DNA of 64,000 bases, taken from NCBI GenBank assembly GCA_964016885.1, contig OZ024765.1, forward strand, positions 8,060,001 to 8,124,000, read 5' to 3'. Of the stretch, positions 40,243 to 54,303 are shown one piece after another. The DNA is from Eledone cirrhosa. Lineage: Eukaryota. A program made the position numbers and the translations under genes. The notes beneath the pieces are model-generated. The model was not told the origin of the DNA. It saw nothing but the letters and a program-made list of their open reading frames with translations, and made no database searches. The stretch's first letter is position 1. The number at the start of each line of letters is the position of its first letter.

Positions 40243-41435
40243 GAAGTCTTCCACCTTCAGCGCCCAGGTCTCACTACCATGTAACATTGCTGTTCAGATA
40301 CACGCATCATACAGTCTTCCTTTCATTTTGAGGGAGAAGCCTTTTGCAGCTAGTAGTGGTAGTAGTTCCCTGAACTTCTTCCATCCCATTCTTACCCTAG
40401 TTATTGTACTTTCTGAACACCCACCTCCGCTGCTAATTCGGTCACCTAGGAAGTAGAAGCTGTTTACTGTCTCTACAGAGCCCTCCCAGAGATTGGTGGT
40501 ACTTGTTTCCTGTGGCTGTTTGCTGCTTGGTGTTCCCAGCACAGCTGCTGCATGTGAAGCCTACATTCTTAATTAAGCTTCCTGAGATCCCGCTACATCT
40601 CTTGTGTACCCATTGTTTGCATTTGGGACAGAGAATGGAGTTCCTACCTACACCTTTCCTACATACTGAGCAAGGCCATTTCCCTGAGGGGATCTGGGTT
40701 CTGTTTTCTCGTCTACTTACAAGGACCTTAGTCTTTGTCATGTTGACTTTGAGACCCTTTCTTTCTAGTCCCTGCTTCCAAGTTTGGAATTTATTCTCTA
40801 GTTCTACCATAGATTCAGCTATAAGTGCGAGGTCATCAGCATACAGGAGTTCCCATGGGCATCCGGTCTTAAACTCCTCCGTTATTGCCTGCAGGACTAA
40901 ATTCCTCGCTATTCTCATTGCTAATCCTAACTTTGCTGACTGCTCCCCTATACATGGCTTGTACAGCTTTCACAAGCCATTCATCTACTCCTAGTTTTCT
41001 AAGAGCCCATCAGATTACAGCACGTGGAACTCTGTCAAAGGCTTTCTTGAGATCGACGAATGCCAAGTAGAGTGGCTTACTTTTAACTAGGTACTTTTCC
41101 TGAAACTGCCTCACAAGGAAGAGGGCATCAGTGGTGCCTCTTCCTGGTAAAACTCAAATTGCATCTCATCTATTTTCACCCGGTCCCTAATCAACTGTGC
41201 TATAACTCTTTCTGTTACTTTCATGACCTGGTCCATCAACTTTATACCTCTATAGTTTCCTCTATCTAGTGCATCACCTTTACCTTTGTAGCAGTTGACA
41301 ATGATGCTACTGCACCAATCTTTTGGCATGACACCTTCTAGTATTACCTGGTTAACAATACGTGTGGTTATAGTGTGACTTACAGACCCAGATGCCTTCA
41401 GCATCTCGGCAGCTATACCCGATGGACCAGTTGCC
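40243..41435 (-). mobile_element. RTE-clade LINE internal fragment (RT and PHD), degenerate
   Basis: NYRGIKLMD, LLYADDL and CSVC..CPKC..H..C..CSSC; frameshifts and an internal deletion. Confidence 0.88.
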
Positions 41436-41436
41436 T

Positions 41437-42100
41437 ACTAGGTAATATCTCAAAGAGTTTCCAAGAATGGTTAAAGAAGATTAGTCCAGTCCCGTTTTGT
41501 GGAACACTTCAAAAGGCATGCTTGCTGAGAACAGCAAGAACCCTCCGATACGTCCTGAATATCTGAGGCTGCAGGTAACAGCTTGATATTCATTTCAACA
41601 AACTTTCCAGTTAAATAAAATCAATGACTGAGACTCCAACAAAGTAAATAGACCAGATATCATTGTAAAAGACTAACATAACAAGGTTTGTTTTCTGATT
41701 GATATGAGCATCCCATGTGATCACAATATCGCGGCAAATGAATTTAACAAGCTAAGAAAATATAAAGATCTGCTGATTGAAATCGAAAAAATGTGGCACC
41801 TCAAGGCCGTTACAATACCAGTGATTGTGGGAGAACTGGGAATGATCAAGAAAGGAACAGAACAGTATTTGAGGATGATTCCTGATTTACCCTCTCTGCA
41901 CACATATTGAGAAGAGCACTGTCTCTGTGAGAATGATACCCCCCCCCCCTTGTGTGGATGTGGATGTGTTAATGATAAGCTGTAAATTATATTCAATGTG
42001 GTGTGTTAACTGGCTTACCAATGTATACAGTGAATTTATTGCCCTAGGTGTCAAGCAGACACTCGGCATATATCAGAAACAATACTGAAGGAAAAGAAAA
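41437..42100 (+). mobile_element. Two abutting R4/Dong 3' fragments (41437-41640 from the 37.5-kb family; 41640-42100 from a third family)
   Basis: LQKACLLRTARTLRYVLNI* and UTR match 39199-39330; second piece encodes RPDIIVKD..LIDMSIPCD..KLRKYKDL. Confidence 0.8.
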
Positions 42101-42143
42101 AATAATAATAATAATAGTAATAATAATAATAATAATAATAATG

Positions 42144-43240
42144 CTTCGATCAAACTCGTTTTGAAACACGAAAGCATCAAAAGATCATACTCCATTACAA
42201 AAGATGCACAAAGATACAGTAATGAACTACAAATTTCAGAAGTCCCATTTACTACTGAAATGGAAAACACAGAAAAAGCAAAGCAGGTAAAAGTAACTGC
42301 AAAGAAAGAACTGCTACAGAAACTGGCTAAGAAATGGCAAGAAAAGCCTCTGTATGGAAAATACCCAGCTAACAATCCTGATGTTGACAAAACTTTAACC
42401 CATCAGTGGTTGGCATCCTCTGGACTGAAATCGGAGACTGAAGGACTGATTATATCAGCACAAGATCAGTGTCTGCCAACAAAAAATTACCAAGCCAACA
42501 TAATAAAAAATGGATGCAGCCCATTATGCCGTGTATGTAAAAATCAACCAGAGACCATTGATCATATAATTTCAATGTGCAGTCCTATAGCTCCAACCAA
42601 ATACCTAAACAGGCATGACAGAGCTGCACAATACATACATTGGATAATGTGTAAGCATTTTGACCTGCCTCATCAAAAGAATTGGTGGGAGCATCAACCA
42701 CCTCCCGTACTTGAAAAAGATCACATCTCAATCTTGTGGAACTTTAGCATCCAAACAGACCGAAAAATAGATGCAAATAGACCTGATATAATACTGAAGG
42801 ACTTTAAAAAGAGGGTATGCCTGCTAATTGATATGTCCGTTCCAATAGACAAGAATGTATCTATAAACACGTTTGAAAAATTGAGCAAGTATAAGGACCT
42901 GGAGATAGAAATTGGAAAAATGTGGAAATTGAGAACTAAAACAATACCAGTGGTTGTAGGCACTCTAGGAATGATACCTAAGGGGTCTAATGATTACTTA
43001 TCGCAAATCCCAGGAAACCCGCGTATAGGAGAAATACAAAAGATAGTACTAATGGGAACTGCCCATATACTAAGGAAGATTTTGTCAATATAAGTACATC
43101 ACAAGTCTAAACACGTAAAGATGCATGTGTGTGTATGTATGTTCTTTCTTGAACATGGCGGACCTTGTTGTCTCTTGAGGTCGCTGGTTGTGACTTGGTG
43201 ATAACTTGTATGAACATAAAGCAAGATAAATACAACTATA
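42144..43240 (+). mobile_element. Second R4/Dong-like family, 3' part (CCHC and RLE; ORF 42161-43093)
   Basis: LKSETEGLIISAQDQCL, CRVC-x8-H-x4-C, HDRAAQYIHW, NRPDIILKD..LIDMSVP..EKLSKYKDL; preceded by (AAT)n. Confidence 0.88.
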
Positions 43241-43521
43241 ATAATAATTGTTTCTACTTTAGGTACAAGGCCAGCAATTATCCCAGTGCATTACTGGTAC
43301 TTTATTTTATCGACCCCGTAAGGATGAAAGGCAAAGTCAACCTCGGCGGGATTTGAACTCAGAATGGCAAGGGCCGTAACTCTATGCAACTATAATAATA
43401 ATGCTTCCTATATTGACCACAAGGGTTGACATAAAGTATAACATTAAAGACAGGACAGTACAGGACGGTACAAATGGACATTTCTGTGAGTAAAAAAAAA
43501 CAAAAACAAAATTATATGTAA

Positions 43522-43563
<42 letters not shown>

Positions 43564-43759
43564 TGTTTCTACTCTTTTGGCACAAGGCCAGCAATTATCC
43601 CAGTGTATTACTGGTACTTTATTTTATCGACCCCGTAAGGATGAAAGGCAAAGTTAACCTCGGCGGGATTTGAACTCAGAATGGAGAGGGCCGTAACTCT
43701 ATGGGTCAAAGCATGGCATCCGACCCTCTACTGACACTGCCAATGAAGAAGAAGAAGAC

Positions 43760-44592
43760 TTTCTATATTGACCACAAGGGTTGACAAAGTATAACATTAA
43801 GGACAGTACAGGACAATACAGGACGGTACAGGACAGTACAGGACAATACAGGATGGTACAGGACAATACAGGATGGGACAAGACGATACAGGATGGTACA
43901 GGACAGCACAGGACAGTACAGGACAGTACAGGACAGTACAAGACAATACAGGATGGTACAGGACAATACAGGACGGGACAAGACAATACAGGACAGTACA
44001 GGACAGTACAGGACAGTACAGGATGGTACAGGACAATACAGGACAGTACAGGATGGTACAGGACAGTACAGGATGGTAAAGGACAATACAGGACAGTACA
44101 GGATGGTACAGGACAGTACAGGACAGTACAGGATGGTAAAGGACAATACAGGATGGTACAGGACAGTACAGGATGGTACAGGACAGTACAGGACAATACA
44201 GGACAGTACAGGATGGTACAGGACAGTACAGGATGGTACAGGGCAGTACAGGATGGTACAGGACAATACAGGATGGTACAAATGGGCATTTCAGCATTGA
44301 AAAAAAACAAAAAAAACAGAGGATGTAACAAAAAAAAGAAACAATGAAAAATTCCCAATAGGGGGGGGGGAGACTTCTGAGGGACACTCGTGGAGAAAGC
44401 CCATTAAAAAAGCCACGGTGACCCTGACCACCAGGCCAAGTGCCCTCTCCCAGTTCTCCACCTCCAATTTACAGGCACATACTCAGAGTAGGCCCATTCA
44501 CTGGGGCCATGCTTGCCTCTCACACCCATCTTTCAATAAATTGCTGGGAAGAGAGAACTTCCCTCTCCACCCTGATTTTACTTTTCAAATGA

Positions 44593-44638
<46 letters not shown>

Positions 44639-44995
44639 TTTTCTTTATTAACCACAAGGGTTTACATAAAGTAGACATTCAGGACAATACAGGACGGTAC
44701 AAATGGGCATTTCTGCGTGTAAAAAAAACAGAGGATGTAATAAAATAACAAAGAAAAATTCCCCAATAGGGGGGAGATTTCCGAGGGACATTTGTGGAGA
44801 AAGCCCATTAAAAGACCACAGTGACCCTGACCACCAGATCAAGTGCCCTCTCCCAGTTTTCCACCTTTAATTTACAGACACATACTCAGAGAAGGCCCAT
44901 TCATTCGGGCCATACTTGCTTCTCTCACCCATCTTTCAACAAAATGCTGGGAAGAGAGCACTTCCCTCTCCACCCTGATTTTACTTTTCAAATGA

Positions 44996-44996
<1 letters not shown>
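43760..44996 (-). mobile_element. Two tandem Tx1-like 3' ends (further pieces at 43405-43520 and 46668-47003)
   Basis: 43760-44593 and 44640-44996 are homologous; both carry the KIRVEREV..RWVREASMA ORF end. Confidence 0.75.
43801..44280. repeat. 10-bp minisatellite GGA(C/T)RRTACA, ~48 copies
   Basis: Exact 10-bp phase; the parent dimer is visible at 44682-44701. Confidence 0.93.
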
Positions 44997-45031
<35 letters not shown>

Positions 45032-45277
45032 TAATAAATAAATAAATAAATGAATGAATAACTCCATGGAATTATCAGATCTTTGGTGTTTATCAGAATA
45101 TAGAATGAAACATCGAGATAAGAATTGAAGATATTCCTGTAAGAAATGGTTTTATTATGAGATAAGCTGTGTTTGTAATCCAAATATGGAGTGTTTGTGG
45201 TGGTGGTGGTGGTGGTGGTGGCAGTGGTGGTGGTGGTGGTAGTGGTGGTGATGGTAGTGGTGGTGATGGTAGTAGTG

Positions 45278-45321
<44 letters not shown>

Positions 45322-45696
45322 TATTGTAGTAGTAGTAGTAGTAGGAACATTTCAGTTGTTATCTGATGGGGTTTTGAAGGGGTTGTGGTGGGGTTGGGGG
45401 GTTTGGGTTTGGTTTGTCAGGAAATATAAATGTAAGAACTGCCCAAATACCAACAGATCTTTGTGATAAATATAAATATATATATATATATATCATATAT
45501 ATATCATATATATATATATATATATATATATCATATATATATATATATCATATATATATATCATATATATATATATATCATATATATATATATATCATAT
45601 ATATCATATATATATATCATATATATATATATATCATATATATATATATATCATATATATATATATCATATATATATATATCATATATATATATAT

Positions 45697-45733
<37 letters not shown>

Positions 45734-45778
45734 TATATATATATATATCATATATATATATATCATATATATATATAT

Positions 45779-45815
<37 letters not shown>

Positions 45816-45949
45816 TATATATATATATATCATATATATATATATATCATATATATATCATATATATATATATCATATATATATATATATATCATATATA
45901 TATATATATCATATATATATATATATATATCATATATATATATATATAT

Positions 45950-46025
<76 letters not shown>

Positions 46026-46051
46026 TATATATATATATATATCATATATAT

Positions 46052-46086
<35 letters not shown>

Positions 46087-46135
46087 TATATATATATATA
46101 TATCATATATATATATATATCATATATATATATAT

Positions 46136-46172
<37 letters not shown>

Positions 46173-46254
46173 TATATATACATATATATATGTGTGTGTG
46201 TATATGTATATATATCCATATATATATATGTGTGTATAACCAAATGAAAAAGGC

Positions 46255-46295
<41 letters not shown>

Positions 46296-47480
46296 AAGAG
46301 CCCATATATTGCACAAGAAACATGGTATATTGTATATATACCAAATATATATTCTATAGAAGAATATGTACACAGGTGAAATCATAAGAGAAACCTTATA
46401 GTGCTATTTCATACCTGAAATCTATATAAATCATCATCGGGAAATATATATATATATAACGAAGGAAATATGGTAAGGAACCAGATGGACCATAACGTAC
46501 CAGGGTACTCAATACTTCGGGTAGTAGAGTGGTAATAGGAAAATGTATGAGTCAGAACCCCAACGGCTGAGCTCCGGCTGTTTCAACAACTAGATCTGTT
46601 CAGATCTAGCTGTCGAAATGGCCAGAGCTCAGCCATCGAGGTCCTGACTCTTTTCCTATATATATAAATGTTTCTTTAATAGCCACAAGGGCAAAAAAGA
46701 AGGGGACAAATACAAAGGGGGAAGTTTACATACAATAAAAAACATGTAAAATGTTATCACAAATGTAATTTAAAAATTAATCGATTTTCCCCAATAGACA
46801 TTTCATATGGGTAACACATACCCCCGAAAAAATGTGCAACCCTCATCTCCAGGAGTATGAAGAGTTTGTACCCCTTTCCTCTCTTCCTCTTTTTCCTCAA
46901 TCTACAGTCTGATATAGAGAGAAGGCCCATTCACTCGGGCCATTCTCGCCACTTTCACATCACCTTTCATAAAACTTGCTGGGGTACAGCACCTCTCTCT
47001 CCATCTATCTATATATAGAGATATAGAATTAATACATCTACCAACATATGCGTACAGATGTACACTAATACTAGTAAATATATAAGTTATGTCAAAGTAC
47101 CTAGGTGGTTCAATGCAGAACAATTATATGAAAGACGTAAAATAAGAAAATTTTAAAAATTAAAAATTAACTTACTAAAATTTTAGTAAGTAAGTTAATT
47201 TTTAATTTTTAAAATTTTCTTATTTTACGTCTTTCATATATATATAGAGATAGATAGATATGTATATATACGGAATGTGGCTCTGCTGTGAGAGGTGTTC
47301 GGCACGGCCAACTGACCTGTCCCTCCTCATAATGGTGCCATCCAATTCCACTCTGTAAATGTGGTTGGTGTTAAGCAGGGCATCCAACTGTAAAATACTC
47401 AGCCAAATTTACAGTCCTCATCGGAACAAGGTGCAACACATGGCCTCCAATATCATCTAATATTGTATAACGTTGTGAAA

Positions 47481-47900
47481 TCATCATCATCATCGTTTAA
47501 CGTCCATCTTCCACGCTAGCATGGGTTAGACGGGAGTTGTCCCACTTGAGGCAAGGTTGGTCGGGTGACCCTGTCTCGCTCATATAGGACTATCTGGCAG
47601 GTTTTCTACAGCTGGATGCCCTTCCTAACACCAACCACATTTACAGTGTGGACTGGGAGGTTTTTACCGTGTTACCTACACGGCCACATTACAGCGTGGA
47701 CTGTGTGTTTTTTTTCTTGTGACACCTACACGACCTCGATCTCGATGTCATTTATCTCATTTATTTGGACTGGATGTTGTGGTACCAACTTTACAGAGAG
47801 GAGGTGGTGTTGGTGGAAGTGGGTGGATAGGGTAGGGGTAGTGGATTGGGGTGTATATTTGGTTAAGAGGTTCCTACTGACTGTAGGTTTCGCTTTGTAC
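47481..47900 (-). mobile_element. RTE 3'-UTR fragment
   Basis: Close match to 57683-58086. Confidence 0.85.
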
Positions 47901-48064
47901 ATATATTCTTTAATATTGTGAAATATCCTCTAATATATATAGAAATGTTATATTTCTAAAGAAACACGATATTTTTACAGGTAAACATTTAGAAAGCCGG
48001 AGCTATGCAAAATACCGGAGCTAATGCCCCTTCTGGTGGTGTCCAGCAGAAGCAAGGGAGGACA

Positions 48065-48108
48065 ATCGTCGATGCATTTCAGACTTAACTGTTTCTCATC
48101 AGGACGAT
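48065..48108 (-). ncRNA. Minimal type-I hammerhead motif (AUC triplet)
   Basis: Minus strand atcgtc|CTGATGA|gaaacagttaagtct|GAAA|tgca|TC|gacgat; 6-bp stem I, ATGCAT palindrome, weak stem II. Confidence 0.72.
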
Positions 48109-48240
48109 CTCTCCCACATCTGTGACTGCTGGACTTGAAAACAGGTGAGAATATATGCTTTTCTCGTCTGTGTAAATGAGGTGATTAATCTCATTTGCAT
48201 ATGAAGCTGCCTAAGTTGGCTCAACTTATAATAGATTATC

Positions 48241-48423
48241 TAATATCTTCTAATACTGTGTGATGTTGTGTAATATCTTCTAATGGTGTGTGATGCTATG
48301 TAATATCTTCTAATATTGTGTGATGTTATGTAATATCTTCTAATACTGTGTGATGTTATGTAATATCGTCTAATATTGTGCAGTGTTATGTAATATCTTC
48401 TAATATTGTGTGATGTTATGTAA
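48241..48423. repeat. 30-bp tandem repeat, 6 copies
   Basis: TAATATCTTCTAATA(T/C)TGTGTGATGTTATG. Confidence 0.9.
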
Positions 48424-48474
48424 AGGCATTGGTTTATTGAGACAGACAAAAGAGAAGTTTATTAAATTATTGTA

Positions 48475-48662
48475 GGGCGGTGGATTGGCAGTATCGGTAG
48501 AGGGTCGGACGCCATGCTTTCCAGCATAGTTATGTCCCTTTACGATCTGAGTTCAAATCCCGCCGAGGTTGACTTTGCCTTTCATCCTTACGGGGTCGAT
48601 AAAATAAAGTACCAGTAATGCACTGGGTAATTGCTGGCCTTGTGCCTAAAGTAGAAACAATT
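48475..48662 (+). mobile_element. tRNA-derived SINE family B with a Deu/Nin-like central domain
   Basis: TGGCAGTATCGG A box, GAGTTCAAATCC B box, GCCTTTCATCCTTACGGGGTCGATAAAATAAAGTACCAG domain and TTA-rich tail; other copies at 7225-7368, 7749-7940, 8552-8700 and 51098-51280 (+), and 39903-40110, 40133-40245, 43243-43390 and 43558-43743 (-). Confidence 0.85.
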
Positions 48663-48791
48663 AAATTATTCCAAACAACAAACTCTACTTTACTAAATCT
48701 TGTTTACCATGGAGTTATGTTCTAAATGGTGTTGTCATTCAATGGATTATTTCGTTACACATCATTGAGTGTTGTAGCTCTACCTCTTACT

Positions 48792-49965
48792 TCTACTACT
48801 ACCACTACTGTTACCACTACCACCATTGACAACACTACCGCTACTACTACCACTACCACCACCATTGACAACACTACTGTTACTACTACTAGTGACACCA
48901 CTACTACTACCACTACCACCATTGACAACACTACTGCTACTACTACCACTACCACCACCATTGACAACACTACTGTTACTACTACTAGTGACACCACTAC
49001 TACTACCACTACCACCATTGACAACACTACTGCTACTACTACCACTACCACCACCATTGACAACACTACTGTTACTACTACTAGTGACACCACTACTACT
49101 ACCACTACCACCACCATTGACAACACTACTGTTACTACTACTACTACCACTACCATTGACAACACTACTGTTACTACTACTAGTGACACCACTACCACTA
49201 CCACCATTGACAACACTACTGCTACTACTACCACTACCACTACCATTGACAACACTACTGTTACTACTACTACTACCACTACCATTGACAACACTACTGT
49301 TACTACTACTAGTGACACCACTACCACTACCACCATTGACAACACTACTGCTACTACTACCACTACCACTACCATTGACAACACTACTGTTACTACTACT
49401 ACCACCACCATTGACAACACTACTGTTACTACCACTACCACCACCATTGACAACACTACTGTTACTACCACTACCACCACCATTGACAACACTACTGTTA
49501 CTACTACTACCACTACCATTGACAACACTACTGTTACTACTACTACCACTACTGTTACCACTACCACCATTGACACCACTACTGCTACTACTACCATTAC
49601 CACCACCATTGACAACACTACTGTTACTACTACTAGTGACACCACTACCACTACCACCATTGACAACACGACTGCTACTACTACCACTGCCACCACCATT
49701 GACAACACTACTGTTACTACTACTAGTGACACCACTACTACTACTACTACCACCACCATTGACAACACTACTGTTACTACTACTAGTGACACCACTACTA
49801 CTATCACTACCACCACCATTGACAATACTACTGTTACTACTACTACTACTACCACCACCATTAACAACACTACTGTTACTACTACTATTGACACCACTAC
49901 TACGATTGACAGCACCACCACCACTACCACTACCAATACCACCATCATCATCACTGCTACCACCA
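48792..49965. repeat. Complex (ACT/ACC)n minisatellite with ATTGACAAC markers
   Basis: Triplet-phase repeat. Confidence 0.9.
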
Positions 49966-49980
49966 TATATACATACACAT

Positions 49981-50032
<52 letters not shown>

Positions 50033-50079
50033 GTATATATATGTATATATGTACCACAGCTTTACAATACAATAAATAC

Positions 50080-50708
50080 GGGGAAAGAAAAAGATAAAAA
50101 GAGAAAGAAAAAAGAAAGAGAAAAAGAAAGAAAAAGATAAAAAGAAAGAGAAAGAAAAAGAAAGAAAAAGATAAAAAGAAAGAGAAAGAAAAAGAAAGAA
50201 AAAGATAAAAAGAAAGAGAAAGAAAAAAGAAAGAGAAAAAGAAAGAAAAAGATAAAAAGAAAGAGAAAGAAAAAGAAAGAAAAAGATAAAAAGAAAGAGA
50301 AAGAAAAAGAAAGAAAAAGATAAAAAGAAAGAGAAAGAAAAAAGAAAGAGAAAAAGAAAGAAAAAGATAAAAAGAAAGAGAAAGAAAAAGAAAGAAAAAG
50401 ATAAAAAGAAAGAGAAAGAAAAAGAAAGAAAAAGATAAAAAGAAAGAGAAAGAAAAAAGAAAGAGAAAAAGAAAGAAAAAGATAAAAAGAAAGAGAAAGA
50501 AAAAGAAAGAAAAAGATAAAAAGATTAAAAGAAAGAGAAAGAAAAAGAAAGAAAAAGATAAAAAGAAAGAAGAAAAAAGAAAGAGAAAAAGAAAGAAAGA
50601 GAAGAAAAAAGAAAGGAAAAGAGAAAAAAGAAAAAAAAAAGAAACAAAGAGAAAGAGGAAAAAAAAAAGAAAAAGAAAGAGAAAAAGAAACAAAGAAAGC
50701 AAAAAAGA
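50080..50708. repeat. Polypurine (GA-rich) tract with ~34-bp periodicity
   Basis: AAAAAGATAAAAAGAAAGAGAAAGAAAAAGAAAG repeated. Confidence 0.9.
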
Positions 50709-51291
50709 TCAAAGTAAAGACATTCCTCTCAATGTCGTTATCTCAATGTCGTTATCTCATTATCTCTATTACCAAACCAATTATTTAAGAGATTCTGTGA
50801 TGTTGCAATTTCTGTCCACTTTCATCGGACAACTGAGGACATCGTTTTGTATTGTCCACCGAATGTGGATAAACGTGTTTATTTTTACAATCATTCAGAG
50901 TGGAAGGAAGGGAGAGAAAACAAAAACATCAACAATAAGAGCAAACGAGATTTACCCTCTTTAGTTCCGTAAACAAGATAACTTATCCTAACATGTTTCA
51001 ATTATTGTATTTCCCAGCATTGAAGACGCTACTTTTTCCCTAAAATAAGTCTCAAAATTCTGCCATGTGTCCTGGCGGCCAAAGGTTGTTTATTATTTGG
51101 CAGTATCGGTAGAGGGTCGGACGCCATGCTTTGACGTATAGAGTTACGGCCCTTGCCATTCTGAGTTCAAATCCCGCCGAGGTTAACTTTGCCTTTCATC
51201 CTTACGAGGTCGATAAAATAAAGTACCAGTAATGCACTGGGTAATTGCTGGCCTTGTACTAAAAGTAGAAACAATTATTATATTTTTTTAA

Positions 51292-51862
51292 TTGGATTGG
51301 CAGTATCGGTAGAGGGTCGGACGCCTTGCTTTGTAGCACAGTTACGTCCCTTTACGGACTGAGTTCAAATCCTGCCGAGGTTAACTTTGCTTTTCATCCT
51401 TACGGGGTCGATAAAATAAAGTACCAGTAATGCACTGGAATAATTGCTGGCCTTGTGCCGAAAGTAGAAACAATTATTACAGGGTCCATAAAATAAAGTA
51501 CCAGTAATACACTGGCATAATTGCTGGCCTTGTGCCGAAAGTGGAAACAATTATTACAGGGTCCATAAAATAAAGTACCAGTAATGCACTGGCATAATTG
51601 CTGGCCTTGTGCCGAAAGTGGAAACAATTATTACAGGGTCCATAAAATAAAGTACCAGTAATACACTGGCATAATTGCTGGCCTTGTGCCGAAAGTGGAA
51701 ACAATTATTACAGGGTCGATAAAATAAAGTACCAGTAATACACTGGCATAATAGCTGGACTTGTGCCGAAAGTAGAAACAATTATTACAGGGTCGATAAA
51801 ATAAAGTACCAGTAATACACTGGCATAATTGCTGGACTTGTGCCAAAAGTAGAAACAATTAT
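51292..51862 (+). mobile_element. SINE family B with ~6 tandem 77-bp copies of its 3' segment
   Basis: Head at 51292-51400 then a 77-bp period. Confidence 0.85.
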
Positions 51863-52761
51863 TTTTATTTTTTTTTATTTTTAGTTATCAATATTAGGGT
51901 GTGTCCTTGAGGACGAAGCATCTTCAGTGCCGGGAAATATGGTAGTTTCCAACAGTTCATAACTTTGAAGTTATGAACCGTTGGAAAAGAGTTCATAACT
52001 GGTAATTACATTCTACAAGTTGACCTCTCTTGTGAGAATTGATAAGATAGTTCTAACTGTGATATATAGAACGAAAGGTCGGTTGTGTGATGCCTGTGTA
52101 AGATGTGTGATGCTGCATGGTAGTGAGACATGGGCAGCAACTGTTGGAACCAAGTTCAAACATGTTAGGATGAGTTATCTCATCGACAGCACTGAAAAGG
52201 TTAAAGTCCATCACTCACAACCGTATAGAGCTACCGGCCTCACTAATGTTTTGATTACTTTCTTTTTGGTGGACTTTGTAAGAGCTCTCTCCTTCTAAGG
52301 GCTGCTGAGTGTACTCAGGACTGTTCTTGCAGTTGCTAGATATAATATATAGATGTATATATAATATAACTTTTGGAAATGGGTTCATAATTCACCGCCA
52401 TAGGTGCTGAGCTGGCCAACCGCATCGCATAACATTCCACATCGCATAACATTCCTCTTTTTGTATGTATGTATATATTTATGCAGTCTACTCTCGGCAT
52501 TCATGGTCCTGGTTATTCGCAGAATTTTTCTTAGAACCTAATTAATAATTGTTCGTGGAAAGCACCGCATACTCGCAGAATCGTAAATATTTTCCGCGAT
52601 GTTTTAATGGCTTTTTTAGCGGCTTCATTTGATGAAGATCTAAGATGTATTTTCCAACAAGATTTGAATAATTCGAGGTCACAGATCATTTGAAACATTT
52701 GTAAGAGATTAAAAACAATTATTTGATGAAAGAAGATAGAGTTTCCAGTGATACTTTTGTG

Positions 52762-53362
52762 TCATCATCATCATCATCACCGTTTTAAGTCCATTCTTCC
52801 ACACTAGCATGGGTTAGACAGGTTGTCCTGTTGTGGGCAGTGTCCGGTCGGCTGACTTTGTCTTGCTCATACGGGAACTGATTCTGGCTTGATTTCTACA
52901 GTTGGATGCCCTTCCTAACACCAACCTCATTTACAGTGAGGGCTGGGTGCTTTTTTGTGGCGCCTACACGTCCACTTTACAGTGTGTGCTGGGTGCTTTT
53001 TTGCCGTGGCACCTCCACGACCACTTTGCAGTGGGAGGGTGTGGGGGCATATTGTCTATATGCTTCAGCCTTGGCTTGTACCCGTTGGGGGGGGGGTCTT
53101 CTGTATTACTGCGTGACACCAGAGGTCACGGTCGTGTGTCATCGCCTTTGAGAGGTGCAATTAGGCAAGGTCAGTTTTTATCACCTCATCCCAGGTCTTC
53201 TTGGGTCTCCCCACTCCGCGGCTTCCATTGACTTCTAGTGCTCTGCACCTTTTTATGCAGCTGTCATCCTTCATACGCATCACATGTCCATACCAACGCA
53301 ACCTCCTCTTCTGCACACAGCATTTGATTCCTCTTATGCTCAGTCTTTCTCTCAATTCGTTT
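52762..53362 (-). mobile_element. RTE 3' fragment with UTR
   Basis: [23 protein letters not shown]; UTR homologous to 56230-56573. Confidence 0.85.
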
Positions 53363-53626
53363 ATGTGTGTATATATGTGTGTGTGTGTGTGTGTATGTAT
53401 GTCTACATGTGAGAACACATATCTGAGGAGCTCCAGATTCCAGAGTCAGGTTCGATCATTAATAGATTGAACCTCGAGCTGATCGACAGTGAAACATATG
53501 TAATATATAATTAAATATGTATATCATGTAATACTGATTCTTTGTTCCCTTTCATTATTATTATATACATATATATAGATAGATAGATAGATATATATAC
53601 ATATATATACATATATATATATATAC

Positions 53627-53671
<45 letters not shown>

Positions 53672-53692
53672 TAGATAGATAGATATATATAC

Positions 53693-53729
<37 letters not shown>

Positions 53730-53730
53730 C

Positions 53731-53783
<53 letters not shown>

Positions 53784-54098
53784 TATATACATATATATAT
53801 ACATATACATATATATATACATATATATATACATATATATATATATATACATATATATACATATATATACATATATACACATATACATATATACACATAC
53901 ATATATATATATATATATACACATACATATATATATATATATACATATATACACATACATATATATATATATATATACATATATACATATACATATATAT
54001 ATACATATATACATATACATATATATATACATATATACATATACATATATATATATATACATATACATATATATATATACATATATACATATACATAC

Positions 54099-54133
<35 letters not shown>

Positions 54134-54170
54134 CATATACATACATATATATATATATATACATATACAC

Positions 54171-54216
<46 letters not shown>

Positions 54217-54258
54217 CTACATATACATATACCTATATATATATATATACATATATAC

Positions 54259-54303
<45 letters not shown>

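Noticed and set aside
43781-44347. QDSTGQYRTV repeat protein
   Set aside because: A 10-bp minisatellite expanded from a retrotransposon UTR, open in multiple frames
52484-52740. Possible DNA-transposon ends (Tigger-like at ~52485, hAT-like at ~60452, piggyBac-like at ~51085)
   Set aside because: Only one degenerate terminus each; no matching TIR or TSD found
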